58,762 nucleotides of DNA from an uncultured Gammaproteobacteria bacterium (GCA_964587425.1 CAZPLB010000003.1:1-58762); one strand, 5' to 3'. Shown: positions 19,461-29,710, numbered from the stretch's first letter. Notes: generated from the letters alone by a model not told the origin. Program-made: numbers and translations.

Positions 19461-20468
19461 ATGGTAAGAAAAAGAATTGCGATTGATCTTGGAACCGCAA
19501 ACACAGTCGTCTGGCTGGAAGGAGAAGGCATTGTAGCAAATGAACCAACTGTAGTAGCTGTAACTGCAAACGACAATAAAGTAGTAGCAGTTGGAGAAGA
19601 AGCAAAGAGAATGTTGGGCAGAACTCCAGAGAGCTTGATTGCGATGCGTCCAATGAGAGAGGGAGTAATAGCAGACTACCATGTAACTCTCGGCATGCTC
19701 AAATACTTCATTAATAAAGTAACCGGTAGAGCAATGTTTTTTAAGCCCGATGTGATGCTTTGTGTCCCAGCAGGATGTACCCAGGTAGAGCGCCGTGCAG
19801 CCTTAGATGCAGCTCTCGGAGCTGGTGCAGGAAAGGCATACTTAATTGACGAGCCCTTAGCAGCTGCAATTGGAGCAAATATTCCAGTCTCAGCTCCATC
19901 TGGGCACATGGTAATTGATATTGGTGGGGGCTCAGCTGAGGCTGCAGTCATTTCTTTGGGCGGGGTAGTAGTGCATAAGTCCGTTCGTGTTGCAGGCAAC
20001 AAAATTGATGAATCAATTCAAAACTATTTAAAGAAAAAACATAATCTTGTAGTTGGGGACCAGACAGCTGAAGATATAAAGATAAAAATCGGATCAGCCA
20101 CAAAACTTCCCAAATTAGAGCAAATGGAAGTTTCAGGAAGAGATTTGGTCTTTGGCCTTCCCAAGAGTGTAGTCATAGATTCAAATGAAATTACAGAGGC
20201 CATTAGACCAACTCTCCTTTTAATTATAGGTGCAGTCAAAGGGGTGCTGGAGGATATTCCTCCTGAGCTTGCAGCAGATATAATAGATAAAGGAATAGTT
20301 ATGAGCGGGGGAACTTCTACCTTAAGAAATTTTGATAAACTAATGACAGAGGAGACTGGTGTCCCAAGCCATATTGCAGATGACCCCATGTTTTGCGTGG
20401 TCAAAGGAACTGGATTAGTCTTAAATAATATAGAACTGTGGGAAAGAAACGTCACAACCAAGAGATAA
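19461..20468 (+). CDS. mreB: Rod shape-determining actin MreB/Mbl
   Basis: IAIDLGTANT, PMREGVIADY, EPLAAAIGA, DIGGG, GIVMSGG. Confidence 0.96.
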   Translation: MVRKRIAIDLGTANTVVWLEGEGIVANEPTVVAVTANDNKVVAVGEEAKRMLGRTPESLIAMRPMREGVIADYHVTLGMLKYFINKVTGRAMFFKPDVMLCVPAGCTQVERRAALDAALGAGAGKAYLIDEPLAAAIGANIPVSAPSGHMVIDIGGGSAEAAVISLGGVVVHKSVRVAGNKIDESIQNYLKKKHNLVVGDQTAEDIKIKIGSATKLPKLEQMEVSGRDLVFGLPKSVVIDSNEITEAIRPTLLLIIGAVKGVLEDIPPELAADIIDKGIVMSGGTSTLRNFDKLMTEETGVPSHIADDPMFCVVKGTGLVLNNIELWERNVTTKR

Positions 20469-20720
20469 ATAAAACCTGTAGTAATACAGATACTGAATCT
20501 AAAAATTGTGCACGAACTGGGGAAGAAAAGCAAAATTAAAGCTAGGTATTGAGTTTAAATTGTACACAAAAGTAACTATTTAGAAAGACAGTTTTCAAAA
20601 TATATTACTTATAGTAAAACTAGAGTTATAGGTTATTTAGTAGATTAAGTTTAAAAACAGAGTAGAGGTGTGAAAAAACGGTAAAACAATTGAAACTTTA
20701 AAAATATTTTGTGCCTGACC

Positions 20721-21536
20721 ATGAAAAAGATTAAAACCAAAGACCCAAAAAGAAACGAAGAAGTCCGAAAGTACGTCACTATCCTCGGCGTGAAAATTAA
20801 TAGCACTCCCGAAGGACAATTGCTTGATGAAATTTCAGAAAAAATAGCAAAGGAGCATAAATTTTACATAGTTACCCCTAATCCCGAGATAGTAGTTGAG
20901 GCACAAAATAACCATGAATTATCCGATAGTTTAAGCCTGGCTGACATTTCACTTCCAGACGGTACTGGTTTGGCTTGGGCAGCTAACTTCTTGGGAAAAG
21001 GCAACCTCGAAGTAATAAAGGGAAGAGAGTTCATGCTTTCGCTTCTTAAGGTAGCAAACGAAAAACATCTAAAGGTATACATATTAGGTGCCCCAAGATC
21101 ATTGGATAGGAGTTTAGTAAAAATGAGGCAAGAATTTCCAAACGCAAAAATAGAAGGAAACCCTGGACCACTATTAGATAATAACGCCAATGTTGTACCA
21201 GAAGTTGATAGTTTGAAACAGATAGATAGTGTAGAAGAAATAAATAAGTTTGCTCCACACATACTATATATAGCTTTTGGCGCACCAAAGCAGGAGATTT
21301 GGATTGCAAAAAATATCACAAAGTTAAAAACAAGCTGCATAATGACGGTAGGGGGTAGTTTGGATTACTACGCAGGATTTATAAAGCCAGTTCCAAAGTG
21401 GATGGATAATCTTCATCTTGAATGGTTATGGAGATTAATACAGGAACCAAAAAGGATAAAAAGAATAATAAACGCCCTAATTTTGTTTCCACTTCTAATC
21501 TTCAAGGCTAAAATGGGGCTTGACAGCAATTTTTGA
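20721..21536 (+). CDS. WecB/TagA/CpsF family glycosyltransferase
   Basis: IVTPNPE, LPDGTG, AFGAPKQE, VGGSLDY, LEWLWRL..EPKR. Confidence 0.93.
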   Translation: MKKIKTKDPKRNEEVRKYVTILGVKINSTPEGQLLDEISEKIAKEHKFYIVTPNPEIVVEAQNNHELSDSLSLADISLPDGTGLAWAANFLGKGNLEVIKGREFMLSLLKVANEKHLKVYILGAPRSLDRSLVKMRQEFPNAKIEGNPGPLLDNNANVVPEVDSLKQIDSVEEINKFAPHILYIAFGAPKQEIWIAKNITKLKTSCIMTVGGSLDYYAGFIKPVPKWMDNLHLEWLWRLIQEPKRIKRIINALILFPLLIFKAKMGLDSNF

Positions 21537-21565
21537 ATAGACTTTACTTAGGTATTAAGGCAATC

Positions 21566-22264
21566 ATGAAAAAACATCTACTACCCGTTCTATTTTTTTG
21601 TTCAGTGGCACTATTCTTCTCAGCAAACGCTAGTTCAGTAAACGCCGCAACAACTTCAGGGCCAGCAGGAATTAATGGTTTGAGAGCATACACTGGACCA
21701 GATAGAGGTCAGATAACGCTCACTTGGGCAAGAGTTACCCTAACTGGAGAAAATTACACTATTCGCTGCGGAACAGTACCTGGATATTACCCAATGGTAT
21801 ATTCACACATTGGCTACATTGCAACCTACACTGTAAGTAATCTCCAACCAGGTCAGAGATACTATTGTGTCCTTGAGAGAATCCAAATAGGGGATGTTTC
21901 AGTTGGCTGGCAAGGAGAAGTATCAGCAGTAGCTGCAACAGGAACAAGTTCTCCAGTCGTACCAGCAGGTCCAACAGGAAGAAATCAGTTAACAGCAAGA
22001 TCAATTGGTGGAGGAAAAGTTGAACTCAAATGGAAACAATTCTTTGCAGACACAAGCAGATGGCACCTAGTATTTGGTACAAAGCCAGGACAATATCAGT
22101 GGGGAGCTTTAAATATAGTTTGGACAAAGCCTGGAGTAACAGATTATACCTTCACAGTACAATCACTTCCAGTTGGAACTAGAGTATACTTCGCCCTTGT
22201 CCCAGTTGATGGTGCCGGCTCTGCCCGCTACATCACAGCAGAAGTCTCCACACTTGTAAGGTAA
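21566..22264 (+). CDS. Secreted protein with two FN3-like domains
   Basis: Signal peptide; GPAGINGLRA..ITLTW and GPTGRNQLTA..VELKW repeats; YTVSNLQPGQRYY. Confidence 0.75.
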   Translation: MKKHLLPVLFFCSVALFFSANASSVNAATTSGPAGINGLRAYTGPDRGQITLTWARVTLTGENYTIRCGTVPGYYPMVYSHIGYIATYTVSNLQPGQRYYCVLERIQIGDVSVGWQGEVSAVAATGTSSPVVPAGPTGRNQLTARSIGGGKVELKWKQFFADTSRWHLVFGTKPGQYQWGALNIVWTKPGVTDYTFTVQSLPVGTRVYFALVPVDGAGSARYITAEVSTLVR

Positions 22265-22336
22265 GTAAAATCTAATCCGGAAGTCTCCACATTAAACAGC
22301 CTTAATACCGTTCTTCCCCGAGATATGCCGCTTGTA

Positions 22337-22942
22337 TCACACCAATTTCGTCAGGTCTTTTACTTCATCAAAAATAAAATCAGGGTTTGATTTCGTTAAT
22401 GACTCCTTTGATTCAAATCCCCAGGTAACTGCAACAGGTTTTACATGTGCCTTTTTTGCTGCTTCAACGTCCCTAGTTTCATCTCCAATGTAATATGTTT
22501 CATCATTTTTTAATTTATATTTCTTCATAATATCCTTAATTTTTTTTTGTTTTCCAAACATACTAAAATCAGTTTTAATCTCTTGAAAAACATTTGGAAT
22601 GTCATTATTTTTCAAGAAAATCTCTACATTTTCTCTTGAATTTGATGTAATTATTGCGATAAAATTACCTTTTGATATCTTTAGTAGTGTTTTCGTCATA
22701 CTAGGGAATGTTTTCAACTGAGGTGTATATTTTTTAATCTCTTTTTGTCCATATCTCACAATTCGAGGAATCAAAAGTAGGGGAACATGATGTTTTTTAA
22801 CCAAGGCCTTAAACCCTCCATCTCTCATTTCAGACCGACTAACCTTGGGTAGGGAGCGAGAAAGAAGATATTCATTAAGAACTAGAAGACTAACATCAAA
22901 ACTGTCACAAATTGTTCCATCAAAATCAAAGATTAAATTCAT
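22337..22942 (-). CDS. HAD family hydrolase (phosphoglycolate-phosphatase-like)
   Basis: FDFDGTICDS, ITSN, YIGDETRDVEAA, VTWGF. Confidence 0.92.
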   Translation of the reverse strand: MNLIFDFDGTICDSFDVSLLVLNEYLLSRSLPKVSRSEMRDGGFKALVKKHHVPLLLIPRIVRYGQKEIKKYTPQLKTFPSMTKTLLKISKGNFIAIITSNSRENVEIFLKNNDIPNVFQEIKTDFSMFGKQKKIKDIMKKYKLKNDETYYIGDETRDVEAAKKAHVKPVAVTWGFESKESLTKSNPDFIFDEVKDLTKLV

Positions 22943-22963
22943 ACTAGTGATATAATACCTCAA

Positions 22964-23554
22964 ATGGAAACTTCAAGTAAGCCATTTAGAAAAGTTACAC
23001 AAGAAGCGCAAGTCAGGCTTAAAGAAGAGCCATTTGACGAAGCCCATGATCACGCCCATCATGCAGCGGTAGTCAAAAATTGTAGAGGAATAGTGCAAGA
23101 TGAAAATCTTAAATTGGACATGCAGGCATTATTAATAGCGGCGTGGTGGCACGACTACAAACGGGATAACGAAGAAGAAAACGATAAGATATTAACTCAA
23201 ACCATGAAAAATGCAGGGTTCGATGAAGAATTTACAAACATAGTTTTAAACATCAAAAATTCACACTCCTTTGGAAATGGCCAAGAAACACTGGAACAAG
23301 AAGTACTGTTTGACGCAGACAAGCTTGAGTATGCATCAGTTTCCAGAATGAAGAAAGTTGAAGAGGCAGTAAAAACAGGTAAAATGTCACAGGATATCCA
23401 GAATAGGTATAGGAAGGCTTTTCTTGAACGATTACCAACTGTTTTAAGTACTCTTCATTTTGAAAGTAGCAGGGTAGAGATCAGAAGACGACTGGAAGAA
23501 GTCAAAGAGTATGCCACAAATAACCCATTATGGGTTGGACTAGACACTCTGTGA
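22964..23554 (+). CDS. HD-domain phosphohydrolase
   Basis: HDHAH..AAWWHD..HS..FDADKLE. Confidence 0.85.
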   Translation: METSSKPFRKVTQEAQVRLKEEPFDEAHDHAHHAAVVKNCRGIVQDENLKLDMQALLIAAWWHDYKRDNEEENDKILTQTMKNAGFDEEFTNIVLNIKNSHSFGNGQETLEQEVLFDADKLEYASVSRMKKVEEAVKTGKMSQDIQNRYRKAFLERLPTVLSTLHFESSRVEIRRRLEEVKEYATNNPLWVGLDTL

Positions 23555-23567
23555 TACAATTTAAAGC

Positions 23568-24818
23568 ATGCCGGCAAAAGAGCCCATTTTACTTCCAGAA
23601 GGCACTCTAATTCCCAACCATATTGCCATTATTCCTGATGGAAACAGAAGGTGGGCTCGTGCCCGCGGTCTCCATACTCTTGAAGGTCACAAGCGAGGTT
23701 TTGACACAACAATTAAGCTCTGTCGTGCAGCTCGTGAGCTTGGAGTGCATACAGTTACCCTTTGGGGTTTCTCAACTGAAAATTGGGACAGGAGTCTAGA
23801 TGAAATCAAGTACTTAATGAAGCTATATGAAAGACTAGTTGATCAATATCTAAAGGAAGCCAAAAAGGAAAACGTAAAAATAGTCCATTTGGGCAGAAAA
23901 GACAGGCTCCCTGCTGTTTTGGTCAAAAAAATTAAAAAAGCAGAGATTGAAACAGCCTTAAACACCAAACACATTATGAATATAGCCATAGATTATGGCG
24001 GACACGATGAAATCATTCGTGCAATCAAAGGAATTATAAATGATGGTGTTGAAGCTGAAAAAGTAGACAAAGAACTGGTTGAGTCATACCTAGATACAAA
24101 AAACCAGCCATATCCATATATAGATCTCCTAATTAGAACCTCAGGAGAGCAGAGGACGAGTGGTCTCCTTCTTTGGCAAATGCATTATGCAGAAATGTAT
24201 TGGGAAACCGACCATTTACCAGATTTTACAGTTGAGAAACTAAAAGAAGCCATCCTTGACTATTCAAGACGTCGCCGCCGCTTCGGAGCAAACGATGATA
24301 TGGAGCACTTAAGTTTCAAGCCAGAAGTTGCAGCTAAATTTGAACTAGCCTGGTGGAGGTTGAGGAAAATCCCCAAAGGTACCAAGTTTAGTGAATACGC
24401 AGTAAGCCACCTCAAAGAGCAGTATGGACTCTCCAAAGGCCTTGCAAAGGATGCTGCCAAACTAATGATTGAAGCCTTCATTGAAGGAGAAGACAAAAAG
24501 TGGCACGAAGCAGGACTTAAATTAAAAAAATTCTACAAACTAATTAAAGATGAAGTAAAACTTGCCTTTGAGCCATCAATTGTTGCCTCCCTTGAAATTA
24601 AATCTTGGCAGAATAGAAAAGACGAGGACGCAGCAGTTGATTTGGTTGCAGAAACGTATAGAATTTCAGAGTTCCAGGCCCGTAAAGCAGGACACTTAAG
24701 AGTAATGGCAGCAAGTGAAAGAGACATGGCATTGGAGGAAGATAGTGAACACCATTGGCAACTAGCTCATGAATATCTTGTAAAGTACTACAAAGCGTTG
24801 AAAGACAGAGTCGCCTAA
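23568..24818 (+). CDS. uppS: Undecaprenyl diphosphate synthase with ~170-aa C-terminal tandem-repeat extension
   Basis: HIAIIPDGNRRWA, FSTENW, DYGGHDEI, IRTSGEQRTSG, RRRFG followed by extension. Confidence 0.93.
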   Translation: MPAKEPILLPEGTLIPNHIAIIPDGNRRWARARGLHTLEGHKRGFDTTIKLCRAARELGVHTVTLWGFSTENWDRSLDEIKYLMKLYERLVDQYLKEAKKENVKIVHLGRKDRLPAVLVKKIKKAEIETALNTKHIMNIAIDYGGHDEIIRAIKGIINDGVEAEKVDKELVESYLDTKNQPYPYIDLLIRTSGEQRTSGLLLWQMHYAEMYWETDHLPDFTVEKLKEAILDYSRRRRRFGANDDMEHLSFKPEVAAKFELAWWRLRKIPKGTKFSEYAVSHLKEQYGLSKGLAKDAAKLMIEAFIEGEDKKWHEAGLKLKKFYKLIKDEVKLAFEPSIVASLEIKSWQNRKDEDAAVDLVAETYRISEFQARKAGHLRVMAASERDMALEEDSEHHWQLAHEYLVKYYKALKDRVA

Positions 24819-24900
24819 GATTTATCCTTCACAGATAACCTTTTCAATCATCATCGACACATATTAAGCATCTTTGTCATGTATATCAGCAAACACACTA

Positions 24901-24929
24901 TTGACAGTACAGATAGGCTTTGTTATTGT
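24901..24929 (+). promoter_or_regulatory. sigma70-type promoter of the HTH gene
   Basis: TTGACA-17 nt-TATTGT with extended -10 TG. Confidence 0.6.
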
Positions 24930-24971
24930 CTGATTAACTTAAGTCTCACTTAAGCACAGAACAATATCGAA

Positions 24972-25187
24972 ATGGATACAAACGTAAAAAAGAAAATCAA
25001 ATTGCAGGATTTACCAGACCTACTTACAGTTCGCGAAGTTGCCGACCTCCTTCGAGTTTCAGTTCTAACAGTAAAAAGGTGGGGCAAAAGAGGCAAGCTA
25101 ACTCCAATTAGAATTAATTCAAGAGGGGATAGAAGATATAAAAAAGAAGCAGTCCTCTGGATGCTTGGAATCGAAGCGAAGGAATAA
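24972..25187 (+). CDS. Stand-alone MerR/excisionase-type HTH protein
   Basis: LPDLLTVREVADLLRVSVLTVKRWGKRGKL..RGDRRY. Confidence 0.88.
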   Translation: MDTNVKKKIKLQDLPDLLTVREVADLLRVSVLTVKRWGKRGKLTPIRINSRGDRRYKKEAVLWMLGIEAKE

Positions 25188-25233
25188 GCCCAGTCTGGTA
25201 GTTGACAGGCTTCCAAAATGATATAATTTCTTC

Positions 25234-25956
25234 ATGGATATAGCAGGTGAAACTCTTTTGACGATTGCACTTGGAAACCAGAATATTGGTTCAGTTTGGT
25301 TAAACCCAGTAAAGTATCTTATTCGTGCAAGTTTGGCTTCAGGAGTGTCTGCTACAACAATTGCATTGCTGCTTCTTCTTACAGTAATTGCAGCTTTCAT
25401 TGCAGGCACAAGGCACATTGTTGGCCTTAGGTCGTTCGGAATCTTTCTACCAGCAGCTCTTGCTGTAGTCTTTGTTGTCATTGGGCCAATTCTTGGAATA
25501 GGTCTTTTCCTCTTAATAATAGGAGTTGCAACAGTTGTTAGGATTTTTCTTCGAAAGGGTAAAATCAGACTACAGTACTTGCCTAGAATGGCTCTCATTC
25601 TTTGGGCAGTGGTACTTTGTGTTCTTTCAACTTTATTCTTAGTTCCATTAATAGGTTCTCCCACTATTGGAACAGTATCAGTTTTGCCTTTATTCATTCT
25701 CATTCTCTTGGCTGAAGATTTCATTCGTGTTCAGCTAGGCAAATCAGTAAAAACAGCCATCAATTTGACTTCAGAAACCCTAATACTAGCTCTAGTTTCA
25801 TATTTCATATTAACCTTTGTACCCCTGCAGCAATTTGCCCTCCTGAACCCCGAGATTCTTTTGATATCAGTTGCAATTTTTGATTTTGTACTAGGTAAAT
25901 ACATTGGCTTGAGGCTTTTTGAATTCTGGAGATTCAGAAAACTCATCAATTCGTGA
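25234..25956 (+). CDS. 7TM membrane protein of the ATP-grasp-associated (7TM_transglut-like) type
   Basis: RHIVGLRSFGIFLP, IGLRLFEFWRF; about seven hydrophobic helices; adjacent to ATP-grasp gene. Confidence 0.85.
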   Translation: MDIAGETLLTIALGNQNIGSVWLNPVKYLIRASLASGVSATTIALLLLLTVIAAFIAGTRHIVGLRSFGIFLPAALAVVFVVIGPILGIGLFLLIIGVATVVRIFLRKGKIRLQYLPRMALILWAVVLCVLSTLFLVPLIGSPTIGTVSVLPLFILILLAEDFIRVQLGKSVKTAINLTSETLILALVSYFILTFVPLQQFALLNPEILLISVAIFDFVLGKYIGLRLFEFWRFRKLINS

Positions 25957-25965
25957 AATCTATAT

Positions 25966-27300
25966 ATGAAAGCGTCTTCCATCTTAGGCCTCAATGCCCG
26001 TTCCCAGCTTTTTCTTACCCCATTTAACACAAATAGGGCTCGCCGCATTGCAGATTCAAAACTCATTATGTACCGCACTTTAAAGAAAGCTGATATTCCA
26101 ACTCCAGAAGTATTTGCAAAATTCAAAGAACCGTCTGATGTCCTAGAATTTGATTGGCACAGTCTCCCAGACTCCTTTGCTCTAAAGCCAAGTCGTGGTT
26201 TTGGCGGAGAAGGAATAATTGTAGTCAAAAAAAGATCAAAAAAAGAATTTGGTTGGATTACAACACAAAGAAATCTTGTAACACCGGAAGATTTAAAGCT
26301 CAACGTCCTTGACATCCTAGAAGGCGCATATAGCCTTGGAAACGTTCCAGACGTAGCTTTCATCCAAGAATATGTAGGTAGGCACAAAACTTTCAGAAGA
26401 TATGCCTACCGTGGAACACCAGACATTAGAATAATTATTTTCAATAAAGTTCCGGTTATGGCAATGTTGAGGCTCCCAACCAAAGAATCAGGAGGAAGAG
26501 CAAATCTTCACCAGGGAGCAATTGGAGTGGGAATTGATATGGCAACAGGCATCACAACAAAAGGCTTGTGGCATGGAGAAGTAATAAAATTTAAGCCGGA
26601 CACAGAAAGAAAATTAAACGGTATTAAAATTCCAAACTGGACGCAAATTCTGGAGATTGCAGTAAATGCTGCAATCGCAACAGGCCTGGGTTACGCTGGA
26701 GTTGATATGGTAATTCATCCAGAAAAAGGTCCAATGGTCTTGGAGATTAATGCGAGACCAGGACTTCAAATTCAGTTTGCAAACCAGACAGGATTAAAGA
26801 AAAGGCTTGAGAGAGTAGATGAAATAAATGTTAGAGATGCAGATCATGGAGTAAAAATAGCTAAAGCACTTTTTGGAGAAAGATTTGCAGACAGAGTTGC
26901 AGTAGAGGAAGGGATAAAAACAGTTGGTACCTGGGAAAAAATAAAAATAGTAGACTCAAAAGGTGCCAAACATGAATTTGTAGCCAAAGTTGATACAGGG
27001 GCATGGAGAACTTCCTTAGATCGAGCTCTAGCAAAAAAACTTGGCCTTACAGAAGAAAAAAATATCCTTTGGGAGAGGAAAGTTAGGGCAGCCTTAGGAA
27101 AGGAGACTAGGGTAGTCATAAACCTTTCTTACTATTTAGCTGGAACAAGAATAAAGACCATTGCAAGCCTGGCCAATAGAACTAATTCAAGAACACCGAT
27201 CATAATAGGCAGGCGCGACTTAGATGGATTCACCGTGAAACCAAGACAGGGATATGATAAAGTGAAAGACGCTATACCCAGGATGTGGAATAAATCATAA
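25966..27300 (+). CDS. ATP-grasp ligase (alpha-L-glutamate ligase-like) fused to a RimK-associated retropepsin-like protease domain
   Basis: LGLNAR, KPSRGFGGEG, DIRIIIF..MAMLRLPT..GRANLHQG, LEINARPGL; C-terminal AKVDTGAWRTSLD..IIIGRRDL. Confidence 0.88.
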   Translation: MKASSILGLNARSQLFLTPFNTNRARRIADSKLIMYRTLKKADIPTPEVFAKFKEPSDVLEFDWHSLPDSFALKPSRGFGGEGIIVVKKRSKKEFGWITTQRNLVTPEDLKLNVLDILEGAYSLGNVPDVAFIQEYVGRHKTFRRYAYRGTPDIRIIIFNKVPVMAMLRLPTKESGGRANLHQGAIGVGIDMATGITTKGLWHGEVIKFKPDTERKLNGIKIPNWTQILEIAVNAAIATGLGYAGVDMVIHPEKGPMVLEINARPGLQIQFANQTGLKKRLERVDEINVRDADHGVKIAKALFGERFADRVAVEEGIKTVGTWEKIKIVDSKGAKHEFVAKVDTGAWRTSLDRALAKKLGLTEEKNILWERKVRAALGKETRVVINLSYYLAGTRIKTIASLANRTNSRTPIIIGRRDLDGFTVKPRQGYDKVKDAIPRMWNKS

Positions 27301-27305
27301 AAGAA

Positions 27306-28178
27306 ATGAAAATTGCATTAATTACAACAAGTCCCGAACAAGAAGAAATTGTGAGAATCAGGGAAGAAGCTAAAAAGATGGGATACACCTTAGAGGTAGT
27401 TGATGTAAGCGGATTCACCCTCAAAATAAAAGATAACAAACTATCCGTTGTTCAATTGGAAAATGTTGACGCAGACCTTGCAATAGTTAGGGGTGTTTTC
27501 ATGGCAATGAATTCAGTAACTGCAATTGTTGATTACATAAAATCAAGAAATATAAAAATTTTTGATAATGGAGTTTATACGCACAAATACTCCATAAATA
27601 AAATCACAGACCTAACAAAGGTTTCAATAGCAGGTCTTCCAACACCAGACACTTTTTATTCAAAGGTGCCACAAGAATTCATTAAAGGCGCAGAAGACTT
27701 GGGGTACCCAGTAGTAGTAAAATCTGCAAAAACAGGCAAAGGAATGGGTGTACAGAAGATGGACACAGAAGAAAGTTTAGAAAAATATGTTGAAGATCTA
27801 AAAAACGACAAACTCCCTGTAAAAACAGTAATAATGCAGGAATTCATTCCCTATAAGTACGACTTACGTGTATTTATTTTAGGAGACAAGATCCACACGA
27901 TGAGAAGGATTCCGCCAGTCGGGGATTTCAGAGCAAATTTTTCAATTGGAGGTACAGTGGAGCTTTTCAATTTAAATGAGAAAGACAAAAGTATCGCAAA
28001 ACTTGCTGCAAAAGCAGTTGGTTTAGGCATTGCAGGAGTAGATCTCCTGATAAAAGAAAATGGTGAATCTGTAGTCTTGGAAGTAAACCATACCCCAGGT
28101 ATGATGGGTATAGAAAGAGCAACAGGAGAGAATATTACAAAAATGTATATTGAATACGCACTTTCTCACGCAGAATGA
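27306..28178 (+). CDS. RimK family ATP-grasp ligase
   Basis: YPVVVK..GKGMGV, QEFIP..DLRVF, FRANFSIGG, GVDLL, LEVNHTPG. Confidence 0.92.
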   Translation: MKIALITTSPEQEEIVRIREEAKKMGYTLEVVDVSGFTLKIKDNKLSVVQLENVDADLAIVRGVFMAMNSVTAIVDYIKSRNIKIFDNGVYTHKYSINKITDLTKVSIAGLPTPDTFYSKVPQEFIKGAEDLGYPVVVKSAKTGKGMGVQKMDTEESLEKYVEDLKNDKLPVKTVIMQEFIPYKYDLRVFILGDKIHTMRRIPPVGDFRANFSIGGTVELFNLNEKDKSIAKLAAKAVGLGIAGVDLLIKENGESVVLEVNHTPGMMGIERATGENITKMYIEYALSHAE

Positions 28179-29062
28179 AAATATTAGTTGCAGGTCTAAC
28201 AAAAAAAAGACAATTTGAAAGATTAAAAGAAGAAGGGGTTAAAAGAGGCCACATAGTAGAAGGTTGCCTCGCATCAGATTTGATAATAGTAACTTCAAAG
28301 GACAGCTTCACACCGAAGATAAAAGACAAGGATATAACAAGCTACGATCTAATCTACATGATAGTAGGACGGCGTCTCTGGGAATGGTACACCGCAGCTC
28401 TATATCTAAACAAAAACTCCAAAACTAAAATAGTTAACAAAAAAGCAATTGATCCAACATATAATTTCTATTTAAGCCCGGCAGTAGACTATTTAAGGCA
28501 GTTTGAAAACGCACTTCCTTTTCCAAAGTCAGCAGTCATTTTTTCAGAAAATTCGGTCGATTCAATTGTAAACGAGTTCAATTTCCCCGTCATTTTAAAG
28601 ACAAGCCAAGGTCACAGAGGTGAAGGAGTAAATAAGATTGACAATGCAGAAGATCTAAAGAAGATAGTAGAAGTAATTACAGCAAAGGCAAAATCATGTG
28701 TAGTTAGAGAATTCATTCCAAACGATGGGGATGTAAGAATCTTCTGTGTTGGCTATAAAGCAATAGGAGCCATGAAGAGGACTCCAAAAGAAGGGGAGTT
28801 CAGAAGTAATATCAGCCAAGGCGGAAGTGGAGCAGTTTTTGATTTAGAAAGTAATCCAAAAATTAGAGATTTAGCCGAAAAAGCGGCTAAAGTAATGCAA
28901 ACTGAGATTGCAGGAGTGGATATTATTTTAAACAATGTCACAGGAGAACCATATATTCTTGAGGTAAATCCAGGTCCGCAATTAGATGGTCTTGAAACAT
29001 ACACCAAGGTAAACGCAGCAGGTGAAATAATAAAATATTTCGAACAATTGGTTCAAGAGTGA
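28175..29062 (+). CDS. RimK family ATP-grasp ligase
   Basis: FPVILK..GHRGEGV, REFIPNDGDVR, FRSNISQGG, GVDII, LEVNPGP. Confidence 0.92.
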   Translation: MKILVAGLTKKRQFERLKEEGVKRGHIVEGCLASDLIIVTSKDSFTPKIKDKDITSYDLIYMIVGRRLWEWYTAALYLNKNSKTKIVNKKAIDPTYNFYLSPAVDYLRQFENALPFPKSAVIFSENSVDSIVNEFNFPVILKTSQGHRGEGVNKIDNAEDLKKIVEVITAKAKSCVVREFIPNDGDVRIFCVGYKAIGAMKRTPKEGEFRSNISQGGSGAVFDLESNPKIRDLAEKAAKVMQTEIAGVDIILNNVTGEPYILEVNPGPQLDGLETYTKVNAAGEIIKYFEQLVQE

Positions 29063-29074
29063 TATAATACAGGC

Positions 29075-29710
29075 ATGACCCCCCCAGACTTAGAGCCACC
29101 AGTAGACTCAGAATCAAAAACAATAAAAGGCAGATTCCAACTTGCTTCCAATCCACCAGAAACCTTAGTAATTGAGCCTCTACTTTGGAGACAAGAAGAA
29201 CTTACAGATTTAAGACGATCTTTAAAGGAGTCAGGACTCAACCTCGAGATTACAGATAAGGAAAAAGAATTATTAAAAGGTTTTCAATTCAGAAGTTTCG
29301 ATGAGGCAAGAGGCATTGGTGTTGCAGCTGTCTTGGGGAAAGAGAGATCTGCAAAGTTGGTTGAGTGGAGTCAAGAAGTAGCACTTGAGTCAGGATGGAC
29401 TCAAAAGTTTGCAAGTACAGAGCCTGGACTAGGCCTAAGGCAAGCAGTAGCCGACACTCTTACAATAGCTGTTCTTTGGCCTGGAGATATTGGTAATCTA
29501 ACCCCAGTGGATCTACAAACAATTGCAAGGAAAATTCATATTCTTAATCAAAGAGTATGGCTTGGATACGTAAAGAAATATAGAGGTACAGGAAAAGAAG
29601 AAGTGATACGCGAAAAATTTGAAGGGGTACCAAAGCCAGAAAAGCCGAAAATGATGGCAGGGATTCCAGCAGAGACATTGATTAAAGTGCTTGAATTTTT
29701 AACTTCATGA
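29075..29710 (+). CDS. Hypothetical protein within the ATP-grasp cluster
   Basis: 211-aa ORF with own extended -10; overlaps the next gene by 4 nt. Confidence 0.65.
   Translation: MTPPDLEPPVDSESKTIKGRFQLASNPPETLVIEPLLWRQEELTDLRRSLKESGLNLEITDKEKELLKGFQFRSFDEARGIGVAAVLGKERSAKLVEWSQEVALESGWTQKFASTEPGLGLRQAVADTLTIAVLWPGDIGNLTPVDLQTIARKIHILNQRVWLGYVKKYRGTGKEEVIREKFEGVPKPEKPKMMAGIPAETLIKVLEFLTS

Noticed and set aside
20469-20720. Replication origin
   Set aside because: Only mismatched DnaA-box-like sequences, no dnaA/dnaN nearby, and skew cannot be computed here.
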